Of a stretch of DNA of 38,755 bases, positions 24,428 through 35,990 are shown piece by piece. This stretch comes from Asterionella formosa (lineage: Eukaryota): positions 1 to 38,755 of the forward strand of contig NKIB01015018.1 in NCBI GenBank assembly GCA_002256025.1. Reading direction: 5' to 3'. The position numbers were made by a program, and so were the translations under genes. Every line of letters begins with the position of its first letter. Position 1 is the first letter of the stretch. The notes beneath the pieces were generated by a model. That model was not told where the DNA came from. It searched no databases and worked only from the letters and a program-made list of their open reading frames with translations.

Positions 24428-24590
24428 GAATAGCTAATAATCCGTAATGCGAGACATAGTTTACTGTTCACGCCTGTTATCTATTTATTTATGCATCATG
24501 CTTATTCATTGAGCCCTTTTGTGAAAGTTGGAGCACAAGTTGATTCGTTTACCACATGTGAGAAAAATTCTAGAAGAGAATACAGCTTAA

Positions 24591-25060
24591 GGTATATAAA
24601 AATAGTTGCAATTTAAAACATATGACTCAGGGTGTCTATTCAAGCACTTCTCATAATGATTCTTCTTTGTTCATTTTTGAATTCTTTATTTTGACTATTT
24701 ATTTTGGTTGGATGATGTTCATGATATTAATTCTCTGGATCACACTATTGTGCAATAATAATGAATCTTTGGCTCAATATGTTTTGTTGAATCTACTTTG
24801 CAAGGGTGCAGTGAATTGTACTGTTTCAGTTCCAAGTCTTGAACACTTTGATCAAGAACACCTTGAGTTCTAGATATCCGAAGTGCATTTGTAAAAGAGG
24901 CACTTGTACCTTCATTGAATAATGCAGCATTCTTTTGGACAAGCGTAAGATTTCAACATTTTCTTGCTTTTGAGAAAAGATTTTTGAAATAAGTTGCATT
25001 CTATTTGGTCCAAAGGATATGCTCTCCATGATAAGTTTCATGTATTATCAGTAGTGCAAA
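24591..25060 (-). mobile_element. C-terminal relic of a Kolobok/Mutator-like transposase ending at a TTAA-flanked terminus
   Basis: Minus-strand decayed frame ETYHGEHILWTK...VQKNAALFNEG with a basic tail ...HPESY, resembling the NE..W..K...A..FN.G tail of this family. Ends ...ATATACC|TTAA (TTAA at 24587-24590). Confidence 0.4.
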
Positions 25061-25189
25061 TGAATTGATGGTACAGCTGCTACTAGATCTGACATGGGAT
25101 GTTATGGATTTTTAATGTATTCTGACCTGCAGAATCTACAGCTGCCTACAGTCAAGAATAAATATATTAAAAGAAAGAAAAATGCAACA

Positions 25190-25660
25190 ATCAACCATGA
25201 GCGAAATTACACATCACCCTGATAACAAGGAGGGTGACCCATTCAACTACAGTCATGATACTTGTCCAACACCATGATGTCAAGACCAATTGATTGTAGA
25301 GTTGGATGTGGAGGGATGTGACAATCGCATCTTCTGCAAATGCTGTGATTTTGGTTGCCTTGAATGTCAGTGATGATGGGATGAAGTCGAAGAGTTGGTG
25401 GAAAAGCTCTTAGAAGGTGAATCCATTATCAGCAGATTAAGGATGAAGACATTATGGCCTCCTCAAGAGCCCGCCACCGTCTCTACACGTTTTTAATCAG
25501 AGTTTACTGTGGACCTTTAGGAAAAGGTGTTCGGATGGAAATTTTTGTTTGTTGTTTGAAGGGTGGTCAATCCCTATTGAAAAACACTGTTAGTTGAAGG
25601 GGGTTCAATCCCTATTGAAAAACATGGACCCAAAGGAAGAGTTTCAAACCTGTTTTTAAA
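25190..25660 (+). pseudogene. P2X7 C-terminal-like (KolX-type) small Cys-rich protein relic
   Basis: FCKCCDFGCLEC...SSRARHRLYTFLIRVYCGPLGKGVRMEIFVCCLKG[VQSLLKNMDPKEEFQTCF] matches the R..Y..F.....G.LG.G.R..P.C...IR...Y.GF pattern of P2RX7_C-like domains. Disrupted by stops and by a duplication (25556-25586 / 25594-25624). Confidence 0.6.
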
Positions 25661-26079
25661 CGTTAAAATTTTTTGATTAGTTAATTTTACTATTTTCGTT
25701 CGTTTCAATAGAACTGCAATGCACCTACTAGTGTGCAAATTTTTTCAAAATCATCATCTAGAAATTAGGTGGCATGTATTCTTCTTGATTTCTATATTAT
25801 TTTGTTTATGTTGTGCTATAATTTAATAGTTAAAACATCAGTAATAATACCAAAAAATAGAAAACAACAGCAACATGCTGCGCTCCAGTGGTGGCCGTCT
25901 TAAACAGAAATTGGAGTTGGTGGTCAGGGACGTCGGAATATAGTCAACAACGAAAATCAGAAGTGTTGGTGTCCTACAATCAAACAACCTCCTTCCGCAA
26001 CAATCACATCTAACACATCGAACATTCAACCAGCTTTTCAACTTATCAGGAATCAAGTCATCGATTATCCTTTATTGTC

Positions 26080-27200
26080 GACATGGCTGCAGGAAAATGT
26101 GTTTTGCAAAATTTTTGTTAGTAACTTTGTTGACGAATATATTAAACAAACAGTTCGTGACTTTGTAACTTACCTACAAAAATAGTGCCTACCACATTAC
26201 AATGGAAGAAAAATGTGAATTCTTCTTGGCCTAGTGAGAAACCTCAGCAAAGCAACCGTTGATTGTCATGTCATCGGCGGCCTACAGGTTGGCAAGCGCT
26301 GTCAAAATAACATGTTTGACCTGCCAGAAACAGGTTGCTAAACTCGAATCTGCAAGAAGCAACAATGATGAAGATGAAGACAATGGTGAGATAAATAAAA
26401 GAGAAGCGAGACACATTGCAATCAACCAGCAGTTTATTCTTGGTTGTCAGGAATCTGGATTGGGACCTGGTGACGCAGACATTGTTTGTTCCGCAATGAA
26501 CATGTTACCTCTTGCAGTTCAATTTTGGTCAAAACAAGGTAATTTCGCTGCCGTAAAGGAGAAAGTTGGCGAGGCAGAAGTAGCAACCACAGCTCTTGCT
26601 ATGGAAGATCGGGAAGCAATATATCAAACACTGAATGGGCTGACAAAGTACACACAAGATTTCCAATGGTGGAATAATCTCTGAACTAAATATGCTGCAT
26701 CTCACCGTTAGTTATGATATGGGCTGCTGACAGCAGCGATCCAATGGGAATAAGTACAACTCCGTAAGTGGACATGCATTCTGTATTGGTGGCTACACAA
26801 GAAAGATAGTAGATTATCGAGTAAAATCAATGGTCTTTTTAATGCGTGCAACAGAGCTTCCCGATACAAGTAACCAAGCAAGCTTCACAGCTGCTGCAAG
26901 AATCTCGTAACTGGAATTTCCAAGGCAATAAAACCAGATGCGGGTGTGGAAATGATGGTTGATGCCATGACCAAATACATTGTTATCTACTCTACAATCA
27001 TCTGTGATGATGATTGATTCTACAATTCGAGCTGTCTCCAAATGGTCTTATAAAAAATTATCAAATCTACAGTCTGACTTTCAATGGCCAAAAACGTAAA
27101 TGGTAAAAAGCCCGACAAAGGATGCCTTTTACTAAATGATGTTCCAGAACCAGGTTTCTTTCCGATTCATCGCACAGGATCCGCATCCTTCTCCACCCTG
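26080..27200 (+). mobile_element. Mutator-like/Kolobok-type DDE transposase relic (N-terminal and catalytic part)
   Basis: LASAVKITCLTC...AINQQFILGCQESGLG...; LTVSYDMGC*QQRSNGNKYNSVSGHAFCIGGYTRKIVDY; HSCCKN..G.SKA...AGVEM; TIICDDD/DSTIRA; DVPEPGF/SDSSHR. These match PF20700-type motifs as recalled. Confidence 0.8.
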
Positions 27201-28519
27201 CCTTCCTGAAATCCAATGGCCCATTCTTTTTTGAGTAAACTTCCAAAGCAGATTGTCTAGGACTAAAGATGTATAATTGTTTTTGACTTTGTCTTCGTTG
27301 TCATTGTTCTCTTCTTCGTCTTCATTGTCATCGATTTTTAAAAATAATTATTGCTTTTTGGCAGCACATTCCGCTCTGGCGTAATTTCTTCATCAGCGAC
27401 TTCTTTATTCCTCTGTCTTTTTCTTGTCATTGTTTAGCACATCGCCATTCTTGTATTCTTCTTCTTGCACTACAATAGCGCTCACTGTAGTGAAAAAGGG
27501 GTTAAAGTTCTTCTTCTTTTCTTTTCTCTTCTAGCTGTCTTTGCCTGGTTATTCTTCTGTTTTGCGTTGTTTTGATACCATTGCCATGAATTACCCAACT
27601 GTAGCAGTGTTTGTGTCAGACGCCAAATCGACATCCATATAATTGCCGTTTTTCACTGCTCCTGCATTGAGGATTGTCTGCTTTTCCATCTCCTCCTCTT
27701 TCTATCGGATTTCATTACTTTCTTTTGATTCTGTTCCACATGAATGATTTGTTCTTTCTTTGCTTGGTGGGGCTCTTTGCTTGGTGGGCCGCTTGGATGG
27801 CGCCTTTCGTCGTGGTGCATTGGTCGTTTTAGGAATTATGAACTATCAAGACCTGGATGTCCCTATAGCTTGAACACTACTAAATTCTGTGATCAGCGCT
27901 GTAGTACTGTAGTAGCCTTTTGTAAACTCGCCTTTATATATGGCAAAAAAGTGTGAGGCATATCAATATTATGATGTACCTACTAGCTAGTAGAATATCG
28001 CAAGACGTGGTACTGTAGCAAATAAATACTCCAGTGTACTATGCATATACTTGTGATCACCTTCCCAACTATAAAATATCCCAGTATGAAGGTCTATCAT
28101 TCCCTAATGTATTCAAGGAACGGTACTAGTAAAAAACTTTCATGATCCATTGAGTTAGTAGGGTGTTTGTTTGACTTCTCCGACTAAAGGTAGTAAAGTC
28201 TGTCGAATTTCGTTCATGGGTTTGTTTGATGATGTCAGAACAGCATCGATAAATCAAGCTGTTGCGTTATAATTCTTATTGATGCACGACTACATCAGAC
28301 GATACAATAATAATAAAACAGCTAGAAGTGATTTCAATGGGTCAAGATAATGTATACTGTTTCCCAGATAAATGGAAATAAACTTTTTTACATTTTTGAG
28401 GACGGATTAGGTCATGTGTTACTAACGCACTTTTATTTCATTATATTCTTTACTAAACTTTTATTCATGATGCCGCACCCTCCACCATCATGATGTTCCT
28501 CCAACTTTCAATTCCAATG

Positions 28520-29694
28520 GTCAGATCATTGCAATACCATTGTTGGTCACAGTATCACCGCCCGCATCTTCAGCAGCATGCTGAGGATTAGGAAGCTGTT
28601 CTGCAGAAAGTGCATTTTCTGGAATCTGCTCCTTGCAATGGCAAGTGTTGATATACCTCTGAAGCAGCTGGTGCCTTGTATTTGGGACTGGTGTATTACC
28701 CTCATGTTAATACCAAAATACAAGAATTCTGAATTTGGTCAAATTGTATGATTCAATCAGCTTTCCAGTTGCTCTCACAGCATTAACCTTGTCCAACATT
28801 TTTTGAAATCGAACATATGCTCACTTTTCATTTTTGTCTTGTGCAATCTGCTGCATTTTCATAAATTCTTTTACATGATCCCAAAGTTCGTGACCAAGTC
28901 GACAGTTACCAGCAGCAAAGCGGATTCCAGCAGTAATACTTTTGTGTTGCTAATCTGCCTCCTATTGAACCTGTACTGTTTCTTTTCGATTCCTTGCATG
29001 ATCATCCGCATCTATTCCATTCCTTGCATCTTCTCTCTTGAGAAAGGCAACAACTTTTCCGTCAATGACCCAGAATATCCTTCGGTCATAATGAGAATTT
29101 CAGGAGTTACATTAGAATTGGTTGTGTTTCCAGCAAGTGAGGCGATGCATTGAGTTGAGTGCTTGTGTTCTGTATTTCCGCAGTGAGCAGAAGGTTATAG
29201 CTGAGAGGCCCCCATCCTCGTTCTGAGACTGTTTTTCTGCTTGTTCTTTTATTTGCAAAAAATTTTTCCTAGGCATCCAGTTGAAACAAGGGAAACAATA
29301 TCAGATATCTCGAGAGCAAACAGCAGATCATGTTCAGTCTTTTCGGTACTTAGTTAGTCTCATTTTGCAACTGTCACTTCCATTTTAAAGCCATTATTCT
29401 GCTCCTACAAATCTACCACTTGCCAGTAGGAGGTTCCATAAGGGAAACCTATACACACTCCATGGGGTCAAAGTACTGTTGATATATTCAAGAAAGGAGC
29501 AATCAAATTGGGACCCATGTCCATCTAGAATGAGTGAGGAATCAAATGGTTTATTCCATAACTTCAGTCAAAAAATTCCAGAGAATCCATTTGGGCCAAC
29601 ATTCTCACCAACAGTTTGGCAGTAATTTTTCCTGATTCCGAAAAACAATACAAAGTGGGCACATGCTTTCCAATTTAACACACACACAAAGGTC
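28520..29694 (-). mobile_element. pogo-like (DDE_1-type) transposase relic, C-terminal half
   Basis: With frameshifts: PLCV/LN/GKHVPTLYCFSESGKITAKLLVRMLAQMDSLEFFD*SYGIN/LILDGHGSQFDCSFLEYIN...W.V/CIGFPYGTSYWQVVDL*EQNNGFKM...ERGWG...KSITAG...LLQRY. Confidence 0.85.
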
Positions 29695-29820
29695 GCTGCG
29701 GGACCTTGTTGCCGACGATTTCTTGTCAGACGATTTTTTGTCAGACACATGGTAATAGTTTTCAGACATCAGTATCTTCTTGTCAGATACACAACTAGCA
29801 TCAGACACATACAAAAATAC
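29695..29820 (+). repeat. Subterminal 15-bp repeat array (GACGATTTYTTGTCA), probable end of a non-autonomous DNA transposon
   Basis: gacgatttcttgtca gacgattttttgtca gac...ttttcagacatcag; reverse-complement counterpart at 36635-36720. Confidence 0.75.
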
Positions 29821-30113
29821 CACCATAATTCATTTTGGACATTTTAATTATACATATTTCGATTAAATGGAACAAATTGGAGTCTAATAGACGCGATGAT
29901 ATAAATACAAGTCCTTGACAAGCCTGCCGGTCCTACCATGCATAGGTGGGGTTTGAGCAGGCCAGCATATTCATTGAGAAAGAATCCACTATGATGCTGG
30001 TGGCTGGCTAAATATTTCATGCGTAACTGACTATCAGTATACTATTTACCACAACTTGCCGGCAATAACAGTATTCAACAACAGGAAAACGGTTTACTAA
30101 TGGAATTCACCAA

Positions 30114-30192
30114 TCAGAAACTTCTAGCCATTATCAGCAAATTCAAGTCATTGTCAGCAACTTCTAGTCGTTATCAGCAGATTTCTAGTTGT
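30114..30192 (+). repeat. 20-bp minisatellite, array 1 (TTCTAGTCATTGTCAGCAAC)
   Basis: About four imperfect units; the same unit recurs at 30953-31026. Confidence 0.85.
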
Positions 30193-30539
30193 ATGTAGTC
30201 GACAACTGGATCAGTAAACATAAGCAAAAGAGTCATTTTGAAAATGTCAATGGACTATTGATTGATATGGTCATATATAGAGAATCAAAAAAAATTGGTT
30301 CGACCTCCAGATTGCCATAGTGTAGAGTGTTGCATAGATACTGTGAAAGTGTTAAATCTCATTGTAACTTGCTTTATCGTTTTGAATTGTGCATTGTCTC
30401 AAGTACATGAAGAAATGCGCCATCAGCAATTTCATGTTCGTTGTCAATATTGGTGCTATTACAGTAAGTTTTTCACGATTGTATTATCGATGTTGTGTTT
30501 GATATATGTACCCAGCCAATAGCAAAGCATCATTCCCAT

Positions 30540-30710
30540 TTTTCGTGGAGAAATTCGCTATTTTCATCATGGCCAAGGCGGAGGTGGCATGATGCAGGAT
30601 TCTCAAGCCGCTCACAAGAACTACACTGTAGCGCTTTATACAGAGAAACAAATAGCAACATCTAAGCTAAATAATCATGTACTAGCGTCTACAAGGGAGT
30701 CTCGGGTACC
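30540..30710 (+). repeat. Diverged dispersed repeat (second copy 35381-35552), MITE-like
   Basis: Shared blocks ctattttc.tcatgg.caagg, catgatgca.gat.ctc, acact.tag.g, atgtac.ag.g.ctacaaggg. Confidence 0.7.
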
Positions 30711-30952
30711 CTGAGCATATATCCTATGTGCATAGCCATAGTATACCGGTATGTGATATGCATGTGTTACGTACAGTAAGATATTGCAAATATAGTGGTA
30801 CCCCGGTAGGCTGTTGCATCAGGCGTGATAATGACTGTGACCATGTAATATTACATATGTTCATAGTATTGGCAAGGCTATCAGGTGTGGTTGTGTCTGT
30901 TCATGTCTATACTTCATAGGTATAAGGGTCATTAAGAAAATCTATTTTTTCT

Positions 30953-31026
30953 ATCCACAAGTTCTAGTCATTGTCAGCAACTTCTAGTCGTAGTCAGCTA
31001 ATTCTAGTCATTTTCAGAAAGTTCTA
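30953..31026 (+). repeat. 20-bp minisatellite, array 2
   Basis: gttctagtcattgtcagcaa cttctagtcgtagtcagcta attctagtcattttcagaaa gttcta. Confidence 0.85.
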
Positions 31027-32299
31027 AATGTAGAAAGAGATGAATCCTATTTGTATTTCGAAGCTAGAAGGCGTTTTGCTGAACAGGTTCATCAGTCAGC
31101 AAGTCCGAGTCGTGTTCACAGACTGATTCTGCAAATCGTCATCGGTCAATAAGATTAATGTTTTCCTAAATTACTTCAGGATTATACTTTCCGTCTAAAA
31201 CTGGCCTATCTCGTCTGATAGGCATTAAACAAATCATCAGGAGTGGGTCGAAACTGGAAAGGTGCTGCGCATAAAATGTGCGCTACCGGACCTTCCTGGC
31301 TGGGTACCAGCACATGGTACACATAGACCTACGTAGTACCAGTAAAAAACTGCCATAAACCCTTGAGATCTTTTTGGAACTATTGTGACCATTGGCTGAA
31401 TGCAGAATAACACGTTTTGCTATCAAGCTTGCGTAAATGTAAATTCTGAGAGGTCTGGCTCCTTCCCGAGCATGTAGGCTATATAGTCAGCTATGTATTT
31501 GGTTTGAGATTTTGAGTCAGTTGTTCATCTCAATAGATTGCCAGAAATAGTGAATCGACCAGAAAACATGGAGAACACGGATTAGGGTACTAGCTAAGTT
31601 TGGAGTTCTCATCATCATATAGTATACAACGATCTACACAAACAATAAATCGACATTGATTTAATTAGTGTCTGGATGTTAAGAACCACATTTACAACAA
31701 TATACATTTTGATTTGATGGTAGTGAATTGTACAGAGATGGCAAATGAAATGGGTGCGCCTATATCTGATTGAGGATTTTGAGATATATATATATATTAT
31801 ATATATATCCGTCAGTTTACAAAATATGAAAAACAGTACACATCTATCATGCAAACCAGCACCACCATGCCAAGGACAAGAAAAAGTCAAGCTTCCAAAA
31901 TCAAGAAGGAGACAGAAGCACTTAAATATGCTCAGGTGGTCATTCAACGCAACCTGCTTGGCATTGTTACAGAACTTAAAGCAATCTAGTCCAACAATAA
32001 TGGAAAGCTCCCATGATACGGAGACATCATTACAAACATGCTGAAGGCTCAGAAGGTATACTTACCTTATTGGCTGACACAAAGGAAAGTCGACTAATGG
32101 TTACGAAAGGCAGGTGCTAGTGCTAGTGCTGTCCCCAACATGGCTATGCTAGTATCAGGAGATTCTAAGGCAAACAATGACTTGCAATCATTTTACGAGC
32201 AATTCAAGTATTAGAAAATCTACTTTTCTTGACAAGGGAAGAGGATGGGTGACTATATGATAGTAGATGATAGTATAAACGCTATTAGTAGTAACATCA

Positions 32300-33745
32300 T
32301 TTATTAAGCGCTTTAGAACTAAACTATTGCTGGGAGGGTAGCTCGCATAGCGCTTCCTGGTGTTGCCAGCCTTGTTGTTATAAATTACTTACCAACCCAG
32401 CCAGTATCAACCCAACAAATGTGGTAACTTTGGGCGCTGAAACACGGGGAAAGGGTGGGTACAATCCCTTCAGTGGAAGTCGAACAGTTTTGTTGTGCGG
32501 GTGTTGCGCTATGGTTCTTGTGCTGTGGATAACATCAGTCTTGTACAGAGATTAACTCCCTAAGAATAACGTGGATAGCTTGGTTTGGACTTGAATCTGA
32601 AAATATTGTGGAATCACTTCACGGGAATTCGGATCAGAGTACTTTTGCTGTGCTGTTAAGATTAGGAAGTTTATCAGGCAAATCTCTGTTGTTCCTTTGT
32701 CTTTTGCGATAGTATTTCTTGGTGCTTTATTGCCCGATTTCCTTCCTTTAGAAGCGATTCGCTCAAACTCCTCATCTTGTTTTTGTGCTGCTATAACAAT
32801 GTTGCTTCTATTTTTGAGGGGTAGCATATTCTGTTGTTGTCCTTTTTGCCCATGCAAGTTCTGACTCCTCTGCTTTAACAAAATTCTTCAATGGAGTGAC
32901 AATAGCAGGAATTATCCCCAATCTTTTCACACACCAAGTACTTGCCTTTTCCATAGGGTTCACTATTGGATCAGAATCCTTGTTTGCGGATTTGGCTCTA
33001 TTTATGTTGTTTGCTTTCATTTCTGGTTGCTCTCCTTTGATTTTCATATAGTACTCTTGAGTCTTGGTATGATCTGTTGTATAATATACCATCATGTCTT
33101 GATTACTGTAGTTTTGTTCTTTCAATATCATCAAAATGCGAAATCTTCTTGAATTGTCAGCTGTTGCTCCTTTCCTTTCCTTTCCTTTAGAGTAGCGCCA
33201 TTTTTCTCTGGCTTTGGCAAGTTTTTCTTCGCACAGCGCCGTTCTTGGAGACAGCGCAATTTCCACATTTTTTCATTCATAGTTAGATTTGTTAATTGAG
33301 CGAGTGGGGGACTGTATTTTCCATGATTTTCCTGTTATTTCTTCTATTCCTTTCATAATCTTCATAATGTTGCATCATGTTGCCGATGATGCCAGTTTGC
33401 TTTGTCTTATTGTCACGAACCGCTAAGACTGTTTGCTTTTCCGACGATTCCCCAAAGGGGTCCCGGAAACCTTCCTAGCGTGGTGACTACCAGATGCTCC
33501 CTTGCTGCTCTGTTTTTGTTCTAGACTTTAGACTTTTCCTTTCATAATCTTCATAATGTTGCATCATGTTGCCGATGATGCCAGTTGATTTGTCTTATTG
33601 TCATGAACCGCTGAGACTGTTTGCTTTTCCGACGATTCCCCAAAGGGGTCCCGGAAACCTTCCTAGCGTGGTGACTACCAGCTGCTCCCTTGCTGCTCTG
33701 TTTTTGTTCTAGACGTTAGAAACGTTTATCGAAAAATTCTTATCG
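32300..33745 (-). mobile_element. Unclassified insertion with a decayed Lys/Arg-rich minus-strand reading frame
   Basis: Separates two collinear parts of the pogo-like frame. Contains ORF pieces 33266-32808 and 32881-32552 and the 189-bp tandem duplication. No family motif recognised; boundaries approximate. Confidence 0.45.
33347..33720. repeat. 189-bp-period tandem duplication
   Basis: 33347-33532 and 33536-33720 differ by only a few substitutions and a 1-nt indel. Confidence 0.95.
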
Positions 33746-35380
33746 AAAATGATAAAATCAATGCTGTTAATTGTATTGAATTAATGTCTACAACTATGAC
33801 TACTACTGCAGTTAGTTTTCCTGCTGTCAGACCACCATGATACATAGTGCTGGATGCCGACCAAAGGGAACTACTCAAATGGCATCAGCATCGAGGATGC
33901 CAAGAAAAATCAAAGATCGTCCAGTCGGCCACAGAATACATTATTGTTCGAGAAGAACTGTAGAGGAAGAACAAGAAAGGAAGTAGATTCACACTTGCCT
34001 GAATAATTGGGGGGAGAAAAGATATTCCTCCTGGAGTTGAAATAAATAAAGGAACACCGCCCAGAGAGGCAGATCCTGGGCAAAACACAAGAATGCCAGG
34101 GAAAAAACGAGAATTCAATATCAACAATGCTCGAAGTTAAGCCAGTCAAACTTTATTTTGCTGATAGACCAACTCTCCAAAATTAGAGTCCCAATTACAT
34201 GTTGGCAGGAGCTGGAACTTGCTAACTCATTTGTATCTGGTAAATTCATCATGGAAAATATTGTGTGTGGAGTGAGGCAGAAAAAATGAATTTCATTCAG
34301 AGAGGATCCAATATTGTCCAAACCATTGAGATCAGGGTACTGAATCGGATTCATGAGTCGCAATAGGCTTCATGTCAAGTTAAAGAAAGGTGTCAAATTA
34401 TATGGACACATGCTGACTGGTGCACATTACGGAACTTTGAGCAGATGTATAGAGATGCATATGTATGAAGTAATAGTCAAGATGGACATTGCGGAAATTC
34501 TGGATGAAGAAGTGTGGTTGAATAAATCAGGTGATGTTGTTGCAAATGAGGAAGAAGCTCTGGGAAATGAAAACCAAAATTATCTTGAAGCATTCCCAAA
34601 AACTCATATTTTGTTTTTGAAATCGGAAGTAACACCAGTAAAGAAAAAATTGAAAGAAGAGGGGGGGGGGGTGAGAAAGTGTTATGTATTGGAACAGCTG
34701 CAAGGCCACAACAACAAGGTGCAACGAAGGATGCGCATTTTACAGTCTTGGGATTTACAGCTGCCAAAGGAACCCCAGTGATGCGTGATATAATGTTTGC
34801 TGGCAAAGAGCTTGAACTTAGTTGGGTACAGGGGCTTAACCTGTTTGTGTAATGGCATGTATGGCAATGAGGATGACTACAACCTAAACACTGGCAAAGG
34901 AAAGCGATAATCCGGTGGGGGCAGGCTGTACTATTCTTGTACGCAACGTATGTACGAGGAAAAATCGTTGTAGTTTGTCTATGGAGGTTGCGCTGCTGGT
35001 GCCTACCGGTAATCATGATGCATACATACCTGTATGTATGTACATACGATGACGAGAGATAGCGAAACAAGCAATTTTATTGTAATAAAAAAATTGCATC
35101 ATTTATTATCTTCTCGAAACATCAACAAATCACGAGATGCACACAGTTGTTCAGACAACACAGTAGTTTCAATTAGTCATTATTTTGTCTCAGTCGTAGC
35201 AGTAGTCGTTTTGCAGCTAGTTTGAAGTGTTGAATCTTTGTCAAATATCATTGTGTTGAATTATGCATTTCTAAAAGTAGACTCGTTAATAATATTAGTG
35301 CTATACCTATAGTTCTTGGACAGTTGTATTTTCTAAGTCGTGCTAGATATACGTATCAAATAGGAAGGCGTCGTTCTCGC

Positions 35381-35552
35381 TTTTCGCAGGGAATTTCCGC
35401 TATTCTCCTATTTTCGTCATGGTCAAGGGCGGCTACGACATGATGCAAGATGCTCCCCAGCCAGACACATCGATCACACTATAGTGATTAAGACATAAAA
35501 AATGGATTCTTTGATAAATATGTACAAGGGCCTACAAGGGTTCCTTAGGGTC
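35381..35552 (+). repeat. Diverged dispersed repeat (copy of 30540-30710)
   Basis: Same shared blocks as 30540-30710. Confidence 0.7.
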
Positions 35553-35812
35553 ATTCTCATCATTTTCGATTTGGTACCATAATTTTTGAAAACGTATCAT
35601 GCAACCACGGCTACTCGATTTAAACCGAAAAAATCCATTCTCCTCAAAAATAAAAATAAAATTTTATCGCCAAAAAGTATCACGAAAATTCAATGGTTAC
35701 GGCTGTCTACAAACATGTGCTTTTCCTTCAAGACTACATACTGGTACTAAACCAGTCCTCAAACCATGTAAGAAATCTACTCGTATTAGCTATGTATATG
35801 GACTACTATGGT

Positions 35813-35990
35813 CAAAAGTATTTGCACAGGTATTTGCGGTATTCACGTGATAATTTTCGTATTCTATCGCCTAGTACGTGCTGGAGTGATAGTAGATACT
35901 GGTAGTGACAGCCGATGCCAAAGTATTTGCACAGCTAGTATGTCAAAGTTTCACTCGTGCTGATCATTTTCGTATTCTATCGCCTAGTAC
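35813..35990 (+). repeat. Imperfect local direct repeat (~70 bp x2)
   Basis: aaagtatttgcacag...attttcgtattctatcgcctagtac at 35813-35878 and 35919-35990. Confidence 0.85.

Larger units (their letters stand above)
31867..34920 (+). mobile_element. pogo-like transposase relic, N-terminal half, interrupted by a ~1.45-kb insertion
   Basis: ATG 31867 MPRTRKSQ...NNGKLP*YGDII...YWLTQRKVD. Resumes ~33750: GCRPKGTT...DQLSKIRVPIT..ELANS...ADWCTLRNFEQMY/YEVIVKMDIAEILDEEVWLNKSGDVVANEEEALG...EIGSNT...DAHFTVLGFTAAKGTPVM..MFAGKEL...NTGKGKR*SGG. Confidence 0.8.

Noticed and set aside
30114..31026. CRISPR-like array (also 29713-29746 and 36989-37050)
   Set aside because: Units are contiguous with no unique spacers, there are no cas genes, and the context is eukaryotic.
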